Positions 53,758 to 64,000 of a DNA stretch of 64,000 bases are shown one piece after another. How positions within the stretch are numbered: position 1 is the stretch's first letter; the number at the start of each line of letters is the position of its first letter. The stretch is from Eledone cirrhosa. Its lineage: Eukaryota. The notes under the pieces are model-generated. The model was not told the DNA's origin, ran no database searches, and was given only the letters and a program-made list of their open reading frames with translations. The position numbers were made by a program, and so were the translations under genes. The DNA lies in NCBI GenBank assembly GCA_964016885.1, contig OZ024740.1, forward strand, positions 1,302,001 through 1,366,000, read 5' to 3'.

Positions 53758-55744
53758 TTTCATAAGCTGTACCACCTTGTACCCACCCAACACATGTTGT
53801 GTCAGAGTTTGTCATGAGTTGTACCACCTTGTAACTGTCCAGCACATGTGTCAGAGTTTGTCATGAGTTGTACCACCTTGTAACTGTCCAACACATGTTG
53901 TGTCAGAGTTTGTCATGAGCTGTACCACCTTGTAACTACCCAACATATGTTGTGTCAGAGTTTGTGATGAGCTGTACCACCTTGTAACTACCCAACATAT
54001 GTTGTGTCAGAGTTTGTCATCAGTTGTACCACCTTGTAACTACCCATCATATGTTGTGTCAGAGTTTGTCATCAGCTGTACAACCTTGTAACTACCCAAC
54101 ATATGTTGTGTCAGAGTTTGTGATGAGCTGTACCACCTTGTAACTACCCAACACATGTTGCACATGTTGTGTCAGAGTTTGTCATGAGCTGTACCACCTT
54201 GTAACTACCCAACATATGTTGTGTCAGAGTTTGTCATGAGCTTTACCACCTTGTAATTACCCAACACATGTTGTGTCAGAGTTTGTCATGAGTTGTACCA
54301 CGTTGTAACTACCCAACATATGTTGTGTCAGAGTTTGTCATGAGATGTACCACCTTGTAACTGTCCAGCACATGTTGTGTCAGAGTTTGTCATGAGTTGT
54401 ACCACCTTGTAACTACCCAACATATGTTGTGTCAGAGTTTGTCATGAGCTGTACCACCTTGTAACTACCCAACACATGTTGTGTCAGAGTTTGTCATGAG
54501 CTGTACCACCTTGTAACTGTCCAGTACATGTTGTGTCAGAATTTGTCATGAGTTGTACCACCTTGTAACTGTCCAGCACATGTTGTGTCAGAGTTTGTCA
54601 TCAGCTGTACCACCTTGTAACTACCCAACACATGTTGTGTCAGAGTTTGTCATCAGCTGTACCACCTTGTAACTACCCAACACATGTTGTGTCAGAGTTT
54701 GTCATGAGCTGTACCACCTTTTAACTACCCAACACATGTTGTGTCAGAGTTTGTCATCAGCTGTACCACCTTGTAACTACCCAACATATGTTGTGTCAGA
54801 GTTTGTCATGAGCTGTACCACCTTGTAACTACCCAACAAATGTTGTGTCAGAGTTTGTCATGAGCTGTACCACCTTGTAACTACCCAACACATGTGTCAG
54901 AGTTTGTCATGAGTTGTACCACCTTGTAACTGTCCAACACATGTTGTGTCAGAGTTTGTCATGAGTTGTACCACCTTGTAACTACCCAACATATGTTGTG
55001 TCAGAGTTTGACATGAGTTGTACCACATTGTAACTACCCAACATATGTTGTGTCAGAGTTTGTCATGAGCTGTACCACCTTGTAACTACCCAACATATGT
55101 TGTGTCAGAGTTTGTCATGAGTTGTACCACCTTGTAACTACCCAACATATGTTGTGTCAGAGTTTGTCATGAGCTGTACCACCTTGTAACTACTCAACAT
55201 ATGTTGTGTCAGAGTTTGTCATGAGTTGTACCACCTTGTAACTACCCAGCACATGTTGTGTCAGTGGTTGTCATGAGCTGTACCACCTTGTAACTACCCA
55301 ACATATGTTGTGTCAGAGTTTTTCATGAGCTGTACCACCTTGTAACTACCCAACACATGCGTCAGAGTTTGTCATGAGCTGTACCACCTTGTAACTACCC
55401 AACATATGTTGTGTCAGAGTTTGTCATGAGCTGTACCACCTTGTAACTACCCAACACATGTTGTGTCAGAGTTTGTCATGAGCTGTACCACCTTGTAACT
55501 ACGCAACACATGTTGTGTCAGAGTTTGTCATGAGCTGTACCAGCTTGTAACTACCCAACACATGTTGTGTCAGAGGTTGTCATGAGCTGTACCACCTTGT
55601 AACTACCCAACATATGTTGTGTCAGAGTTTGTCATGAGCTGTACCACCTTGTAACTACCCAACACATGTTGTGTCAGAGGTTGTCATGAGCTGTACCACC
55701 TTGTAACTACCCAACACATGTTCTGTCAGAGTTTGTCATGAGTT
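53758..55744. repeat. 52-bp satellite array, left part
   Basis: Consensus GAG(C/T)TGTACCACCTTGTAACTACCCAACA(C/T)ATGTTGTGTCAGAGTTTGTCAT, with 49-bp and 61-bp length variants. Confidence 0.98.
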
Positions 55745-56297
55745 TGTAGTGACCTACATTCCGCGGGCTCACATACATTCTCTGTGAGTGATTTGGCTCA
55801 GTTCAGCCAATCAGCGCCAGTAGAAGAGGATGTATCCCTACGCGCCCTGAGGAAGAAATTCACCGCGAAGATTTGAAGAATCTCGCTCTTGTACCGGAAA
55901 CTTCAAGCCAGCAACACGCATAATGTAACAGTGAGATATTGCACCCCTAGCCTCGCCGGCTTAACGGCGCAATGGCACATTCCCTTTTGTAACCTCTTTT
56001 TATCTGTAACTTCAACCATATAAATAAACAAACATTTCATCTCTAATTACTGCGGTTGAAGTCGTTGTTATGTTACTCGTGTCTCAATGACATCTTTAAT
56101 CCATGCTGCTGGAATTGGCGACCTGACGAAAGGAATATTGTAAATAGATGGTAAATAGATCGAGGGACCTTCCCTCACGTCTATGTCAACAAGTTAATCC
56201 AACGAGGATACTATCACTTACCACACTGGCAACTAACGACCACTGATTCTACCACCCTGCTAAAGTGGCGATAACATCTACAACTAATACTGCTAAA
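55745..56297 (+). repeat. 5' LTR (553 bp)
   Basis: Starts TGTAGT, ends GCTAAA. CCAAT at ~55807, TATAAATAAA at 56019-56028. Confidence 0.92.
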
Positions 56298-56298
56298 G

Positions 56299-56313
56299 TG
56301 GTGACCGACGTAA
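56299..56313 (+). promoter_or_regulatory. Primer-binding site, tRNA-Trp-like
   Basis: TGGTGACCGACGTAA lies one base after the LTR end. The complement of the eukaryotic tRNA-Trp 3' end is TGGTGACCCCGACGTGA (2-nt deletion, 1 mismatch). Confidence 0.7.
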
Positions 56314-57321
56314 GAATATCACGCAGCCCTTCTTATTCATTCAGTTTAACTTTTATTGCCACGTCGCAACTTGCGAAAATCCAGAATATTCCTTTTAAGA
56401 TTTTTGAAAAATTAGCAGTTTGTTACATTCACATATTTCTTTGTAGAATGCATTTACTTGTTTTGTGCTCTTTTGCTATTTGCTTGCTCATGGTTTTTGT
56501 TCATTCACATTCTTTGCTGTTTTACATGCCTGCATATGCACACATTTTTTTTATCACACACCAACATGTTGTTCTTGGTATATGTTCTTCAAACGTAATA
56601 TTCTGCGAGTCCCTTTTCACCTGGTTGAGATGCTGTCACATGCTAGCAGCTCACAGAGCTTAATCCACTGGATTCAAACGGGCACCGCAACACGAGAATT
56701 CTAATTGCAGCTGAACTCAAACAGCTTCGCATCTCGTTGCACACTGATCGTCCATGACGGCCATCCGTATTGTTGTTTTTGCCCGACTCGCTGGGAAAGC
56801 AACAAATTGAGCTGGACTTGTCAACATTTCGGCCACTTCTGTGGATTCGCCCGAATTATGGAATTTACACTGCAACCCATCCTACAGATTAAACTTGCCT
56901 TTTGTTCTTTACAAAGCAACCAGCCATTTTTTCCTGGCTCCACAGCACATTCGACAATACATCTGGGGGCCATCATTTTCTCGCCAGCACTGGTAAACTA
57001 CCATAATAGCTTCGTTCACAGCTACTGGTACAACGCTTACCATTAACATTTAATGCAAGAACAGCAACTTCGCCCATGTTAGACTTTATCCGTTTTTTGT
57101 TAGACCTTTGGCGGTCACGTATAAACAACAAAACAACTGGTCATTTAACACAGCAGCTCAACACGGCCCGTAGCGCCTCATTTTTTGTTCTTGCATGCAA
57201 CCTTCTGCTCAATTATTTTTTTCACTGATGTGCTCTTTCAGCATTTGTTCTTGCTGATTTAATATGTGAGTCCTTGGTTTCTTCGTTATAGATTTTCGGC
57301 TGAAAATCTGGTTGGAGGTGA

Positions 57322-57873
57322 TGTAGTGACCTACATTCCGCGGGCTCACATACATTCTCTGTGAGTGATTTGGCTCAGTTCAGCCAATCAGCGCCAGTAG
57401 AAGAGGATGTATCCCTACGCGCCCTGAGGAAGAAATTCACCGCGAAGATTTGAAGAATCTCGCTCTTGTACCGGAAACTTCAAGCCAGCAACACGCATAA
57501 TGTAACAGTGAGATATTGCACCCCTAGCCTCGCCGGCTTAACGGCGCAATGGCACATTCCCTTTTGTAACCTCTTTTTATCTGTAACTTCAACCATATAA
57601 ATAAACAAACATTTCATCTCTAATTACTGCGGTTGAAGTCGTTGTTATGTTACTCGTGTCTCAATGACATCTTCAATCCATGCTGCTGGAATTGGCAACT
57701 GACGAAAGGAATATTGTAAATAGATGGTAAATAGATCGAGGGACCTTCCCTCACGTCTATGTCAATAAGTTAATCCAACGAGGATACTATCACTTACGAC
57801 ACTGGCAACTAACGACCACTGATTCTAGCACCCTGCTAAAGTGGCGATAACATCTACAACTAATACTGCTAAA
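57322..57873 (+). repeat. 3' LTR (552 bp)
   Basis: Direct repeat of 55745-56297, preceded by a weak PPT-like GGTTGGAGGTGA. Confidence 0.92.
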
Positions 57874-60800
57874 AGTTGTACCACCTGTAACTCTCCAACA
57901 CATGTTGTGTCAGAGTTTGTCATGAGCTGTACCACCTTGTAACTACCCAACATATGTTGTGTCAGAGTTTGTCATGAGCTGTACCAGCTTGTAACTACCC
58001 AACACATGTTGTCTCAGCGTTTGTGATGAGCTGTACCACCTTGAAACTACCCAACATATGTTGTGTCAGAGTTTTTCATGAGCTGAACCACCTTGTAACT
58101 ACCCAACACATGTTGTGTCAGAGTTTGTCATGAGTTGTACCACTTTGTAACTGTCCAGCACATGTGTCAAAGTTTGTCATGAGTTGTACCACCTTGTAAC
58201 TGTCCAACACATGTTGTGTCAGAGTTTGTCATGAGCTGTACCACCTTGTAACTACCCAACACATGTTGTGTCAGAGTTTGTCATGAGTTGTACCACCTGT
58301 AACTACCCAACATATGTTGTGTCAGAGTTTGTCATGAGCTGTACCACCTTGTAACTACCCAACACATGTTGTGTCAGAGTTTGTCATGAGCTGTACCACC
58401 TTGTAACTACCCAACATATGTTGTGTCAGAGTTTGACATGAGTTGTACCACCTTGTAACTACCCGACATATGTTGTGTCAGAGTTTGTCATGAGCTGTAC
58501 CACCTTGTAACTACTCAACATATGTTGTGTCAGAGTTTGTCATGAGTTGTACCACCTTGTAACTACTCAACATATGTTGTGTCAGAGTTTGTCATGAGCT
58601 GTACCACCTTGTAACTACCCAGCACATGTTGTGTCAGAGTTTGTCATGAGCTGTACCACCTTGTAACTACCCAACACATGCGTCAGAGTTTGTCATGAGC
58701 TGTACCACCTTGTAACTACTCAACATATGTTGTGTCAGAGTTTGTCATGAGTTGTACCACTTTGTAACTACCCAACATATGTTGTGTCAGAGTTTGTCAT
58801 GAGCTGCACCACCTTGTAACTACCCAACACATGTTGTGTCAGAGTTTGTCATGAGCTGTACCACCTTGTAACTACCCAACACATGCGTCAGAGTTTGTCA
58901 TGAGCTGTACCACCTTGTAACTACCCAACATATGTTGTGTCAGAGTTTGTCATGAGCTGTACCACCTTGTAACTACCCAACACATGTTGTGTCAGAGTTT
59001 GTCATGAGCTGTACCACCTTGTAACTACCCAACACATGTTGTGTCAGAGTTTGTCATGAGTTGTACCACTTTGTAACTGTCCAGCACATGTGTCAAAGTT
59101 TGTCATGAGTCGTACCATCTTGTAACTGTCCAACACATGTTGTGTCAGAGTTTGTCATGAGCTGTACCACCTTGTAACTACCCAACACATGTTGTGTCAG
59201 AGTTTGTCATGAGTTGTACCACCTTGTAACTACCCAACACATGTGTCAGAGTTTGTCATCAGCTGTACCACCTTGTAACTACCCAACATATGTTGTGTCA
59301 GAGTTTGTCATGAGCTGTACCACCTTGTAACTACCCAACACATGTTGTGTCAGAGTTTGTCATGAGCTGTACCACCTTGTAACTACCCAACACATGCGTC
59401 AGAGTTTGTCATGAGCTGTACCACCTTGTAACTACTCAACATATGTTGTGTCAGAGTTTGTCATGAGTTGTACCACCTTGTAACTACCCAACATATGTTG
59501 TGTCAGAGTTTGTCATGAGCTGCACCACCTTGTAACTACCCAACACATGTTGTGTCAGAGTTTGTCATGAGCTGTACCACCTTGTAACTACCCAACACAT
59601 GCGTCAGAGTTTGTCATGAGCTGTACCACCTTGTAACTACCCAACATATGTTGTGTCAGAGTTTGTCATGAGCTGTACCACCTTGTAACTACCCAACACA
59701 TGTTGTGTCAGAGCTTGTCATGAGCTGTACCACCTTGTAACTACCCAACATATGTTGTGTCAGAGTTTGTCATGAGCTGTACCACCTTGTAACTACCCAA
59801 CACATGTGTCAGAGTTTGTTATGAGTTGTACCACCTTGTAACTACCCAACATAAGTTGTGTCAGAGTTTGTCATGAGCTGTACCACCTTGTAACTACCCA
59901 ACACATGTTGTGTCAGAGTTTGTCATGAGCTGTACCACCTTGTAACTACCGAACACATGTTGTGTCAGAGTTTGTCATGAGCTGTACCAACTTGTAACTA
60001 CCCAACATATGTTGTGTCAGAGTTTGTCATGAGTTGTACCACCTTGTAACTACCCAACATATGTTGTGTCAGAGTTTGTCATCAGCTGTACCTCCTTGTA
60101 ACTACCCAACACATGTTGTGTCAGAGTTTGTCATGAGTTGTACCACCTTGTAACTACCCAACATATGTTGTGTCAGAGTTTGTCATGTGCTGTACCACCT
60201 TGTAACTACCCAACACATGTTGTGTCAGAGTTTGTCATGAGCTGTACCACCTTGTTACTACCCAACACATGTTGTGTCAGAGTTTGTCATGAGCTGTACC
60301 ACCTTGTAACTACCCAACACATGTTGTGTCAGAGTTTGTCATGAGCTGTACCACCTTGTAACTACCCAACACATGTTGTGTCAGAGTTTGTCATCAGCTG
60401 TACCACCTTGTTACTACCCAACACATGTTGTGTCAGAGTTTGTCATGAGTTGTACCACCTTGTAACTACCCAACACATGTTGTGTCAGAGTTTGTCATGA
60501 GCTGTACCACCTTGTAACTACCCAAAACATGTTGCACATGATGTGTTAGAGTTTGTCATGAGCTGTACCACCTTGTAACTACCCAACATATGTTGTGTCA
60601 GAGTTTGTCATGAGCTGTACCACCTTGTAACTACCCAACACATGTTGTCTCAGAGTTTGTCATGAGTTGTACCACCTAGTAACTACCCAACATATGTTGT
60701 GTCAGAGTTTGTCATGAGTTGTACCACCTGGTAACTACCCAACATAAGTTGTGTCAGAGTTTGTAATGAGTTGTACCACCTTGTAACTACCCAACACATG

Positions 60801-63800
60801 TGTCTGAGTTTGTCATGAGCTGTACCACCTTGTCACTACCCAACACATGTTGCACATGTTGTGTCAGAGTTTGTCATGAGTTGTACCACCTGTAACTCTC
60901 CAACACATGTTGTGTCAGAGTTTGTCATGAGCTGTACCACCTTGTAACTACCCAACATATGTTGTGTCAGAGTTTGTCATGAGCTGTACCACCTTGTAAC
61001 TACCCAACACATGTTGTCTCAGCGTTTGTGATGAGCTGTACCACCTTGAAACTACCCAACATATGTTGTGTCAGAGTTTTTCATGAGCTGTACCACCTTG
61101 TAACTACCCAACACATGTTGTGTCAGAGTTTGTCATGAGTTGTACCACTTTGTAACTGTCCAGCACATGTGTCAAAGTTTGTCATGAGTCGTACCACCTT
61201 GTAACTGTCCAACACATGTTGTGTCAGAGTTTGTCATGAGCTGTACCACCTTGTAACTACCCAACACATGTTGTGTCAGAGTTTGTCATGAGTTGTACCA
61301 CCTTGTAACTACCCAACACATGTTGTGTCAGAGTTTGTCATGAGCTGTACCACCTTGTAACTACCCAACATATGTTGTGTCAGAGTTTGTCATGAGCTGT
61401 ACCACCTTGTAACTACCCAACACATGTTGTGTCAGAGTTTGTCATGAGTTGTACCACCTTGTAACTACCCAACACATGTGTCAGAGTTTGTCATCAGCTG
61501 TACCACCTTGTAACTACCCAACATATGTTGTGTCAGAGTTTGTCATGAGCTGTACCACCTTGTAACTACCCAACATATGTTGTGTCAGCGTTTGTCATGA
61601 GCTGTACCACCTTGTAACTACCCAACATATGTTGTGTCAGAGTTTGTCATGAGCTGTACCATCTTGTAACTACCCAACACATGTTGTGTCAGAGTTTGTC
61701 ATGAGTTGTACCACCTTGTAACTACCCAACATATGTTGCGTCAGAGTTTGTCATGAGATGTACCACCCTGTAACTGTCCAGCACATGTTGTGTCAGAGTT
61801 TGTCATGAGCTGTACCACCTTGTAACTACCCAAGACATGTTGCGTCAGAGTTTGTCATGAGTTGTACCACCTTGTAAATACCCAACATATGTTGTGTCAG
61901 AGGTTGTCATGAGATGTACCACCTTGTAACTGCCCAGCACATGCTGTGTCAGAGTTTGTCATGAGTTGTACCACCTTGAAACTACCTAACACATATTGTG
62001 TCAGAGTTTGTCATGAGCTGTACCACCTTGTAACTACTCAACACATGTTGTGTCAGAGTTTGTCATGAGCTGTACCACCTTGTAACTACCCAACATATGT
62101 TGTGTCAGAGTTTGTCATCAGCTGTACCACCTTGTAACTACCCAACATATGTTGTGTCAGAGTTTGTCATCAGCTGTACCACCTTGTAACTACCCAACAC
62201 ATGTTGTGTCAGAGTTTGTCATGAGCTGTACCACTTTGTAACTACCCAACACATGTTGTGTCAGAGTTTATCATGAGCTGTACCACCTTGTAACTACCCA
62301 ACACATGTTGTGTCAGAGTTTGTCATGTGTTGTACCACCTTGTAACTACCCAACATATGGTGTGTCAGAGTTTGTCATGAGCTGTACCACCTTGTAACTA
62401 CCCAACACATGTTGTGTCAGAGTTTGTCATGAGTTGTACCACCTTGTAACTACCCAACATATGTTGTGTCAGAGTTTGACATGAGTTGTACCACCTTGTA
62501 ACTACCCAACATATGTTGTGTCAGAGTTTGTCATGAGCTGTACCACCTTGTAACTACCCAACACATGTTGTGTCAGAGGTTGTCATGAGCTGTACCACCT
62601 TGTAACTACCCAACACATGTGTCAGAGTTTGTCATGAGTTGTACCACCTGTAACTGTCCTACACATGTTGTGTCAGAGTTTGTCATGAGCTGTACCACCT
62701 TGTAACTACCCAACATATGTTGTGTCAGAGTTTGTCATGAGCTGTACCACATTGTAACTACCCAACACATGTTGTCTCAGCGTTTGTGATGAGCTGTACC
62801 ACCTTGAAACTACCCAACATATGTTGTGTCAGAGTTTTTCATGAGCTGTACCACCTTGTAACTACCCAACACATGTTGTGTCAGAGTTTGTCATGAGCTG
62901 TACCACCTTGTAACTACCCAACACATGTTGTGTCAGAGTTTGTCATGAGCTGTACCACCTTGTAACTGTCCAGCACATGTGTCAGAGTTTGTCATGAGTT
63001 GTACCACCTTGTAACTGTCCAACACATGTTGTGTCAGAGTTTGTCATGAGCTGTACCACCTTGTAACTACCCAAAATATGTTGTGTCAGAGTTTGTCACG
63101 AGCTGTACCACCTTGTAACTACCCAACACATGTTGTGTCAGAGTTTGACATGAGTTGTACCACCCTGTAACTACCCAACATATGTTGTGTCAGAGTTTGT
63201 CACGAGCTGTACCACCTTGTAACTGTCCAGCACATGTGACAGAGTTTGTCATGAGCTGTACCACCTTGTAACTACCCAACATATGTTGTGTCAGAGTTTG
63301 TCATGAGTTGTACCACCTTATAACTACCCAACACATGTTGTGTCAGAGTTTGTCATGAGCTGTACCACCTTGTAACTACCCAACACATGTTGTGTCAGAG
63401 TTTGTCATGAGCTGTACCACCTTGTAACTACCCAACACATGTGTCAGAGTTTGTCATGAGCTGTACCACCTTGTAACTACCCAACACATGTGTCAGAGTT
63501 TGTCATGAGTTGTACCACCTTGTAACTACCCAACATAAGTTGTGTCAGAGTTTGTCATGAGCTGTACCACCTTGTAACTACCCAACACATGTTGTGTCAG
63601 AGTTTGTCATGAGCTGTACCACCTTGTAACTACCCAACATATGTTGTGTCAGCGTTTGTCATGAGCTGTACCACCTTGTAACTACCCAACATATGTTGTG
63701 TCAGAGTTTGTCATGAGTTGTACCACCTTGTAACTATCCAACATATGTTGTGTCAGAGTTTATCATGAGATGTACCACCTTGTAACTGTCCAGCACATGT

Positions 63801-64000
63801 TGTGTCAGAGTTTGTCATGAGTTGTACCACCTTGTAACTACCCACCATATGTTGTGTCAGAGTTTGTCATGAGCTGTACCACCTTGTACCTACCCAACAC
63901 ATGTTGTGTCAGAGTTTGTCATGAGATGTACCACCTTGTACCTACCCAACACATGTTGTGTCAGAGTTTGTCATGAGTTGTACCACCTTGTAACTACCCA
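57874..64000. repeat. 52-bp satellite array, right part (runs off the window end)
   Basis: Same 52-bp unit and orientation as 53758-55744, in register across the LTR insertion. Confidence 0.98.

Larger units (their letters stand above)
55745..57873 (+). mobile_element. Non-autonomous LTR retrotransposon (TRIM/LARD-like, probably Gypsy-dependent), 2129 bp
   Basis: Two ~99% identical LTRs. 4-bp TSD AGTT (55741-55744 and 57874-57877) restores an intact satellite unit. PBS-like motif after the 5' LTR. 1024-bp interior has no recognisable pol ORF. Confidence 0.92.

Noticed and set aside
56265-57046. ORFs inside the LTR element as gag/pol
   Set aside because: No zinc knuckle, protease, RT or integrase motif; at most a faint gag-like remnant (IAAELKQLRISL near 56705) that I cannot support.
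60138-60344. 68-aa ORF
   Set aside because: Chance loss of stops within the 52-bp satellite.
7414-64000. CRISPR array
   Set aside because: Repeats are head-to-tail with no unique spacers, there are no cas genes, and the context is eukaryotic.

Overview
Gene-free, repeat-dominated eukaryotic (animal) DNA. The SINE and RTE families look like those common in octopod/cephalopod genomes, but that is inference from memory. Bases 1-7400 are AT-rich transposon debris: a decayed RTE-clade LINE RT half (+) facing an RTE APE-endonuclease half (-), several tRNA-derived SINE copies, a 959-bp element with near-perfect 214-bp inverted arms containing a tiny hAT-type MITE, and a tandemly duplicated 19-bp-stem hairpin. 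Bases 7414-53757 are an uninterrupted ~46.3-kb array of a 28-bp satellite (TGTTTGGTGGTATGGTTTAACAGTCAG[A/T], ~1650 units) with nested higher-order structure and divergence increasing left to right. It abuts directly a 52-bp satellite (53758 to window end) that shares motifs with it. That second array is interrupted by a young 2.1-kb non-autonomous LTR retroelement (553/552-bp LTRs, 4-bp TSD AGTT, tRNA-Trp-like PBS). I see no intact host gene, RNA gene or CRISPR. The best candidate for something new is the two-satellite domain (possibly centromeric or heterochromatic); its function cannot be established from sequence alone. Coordinates and counts were read by eye.
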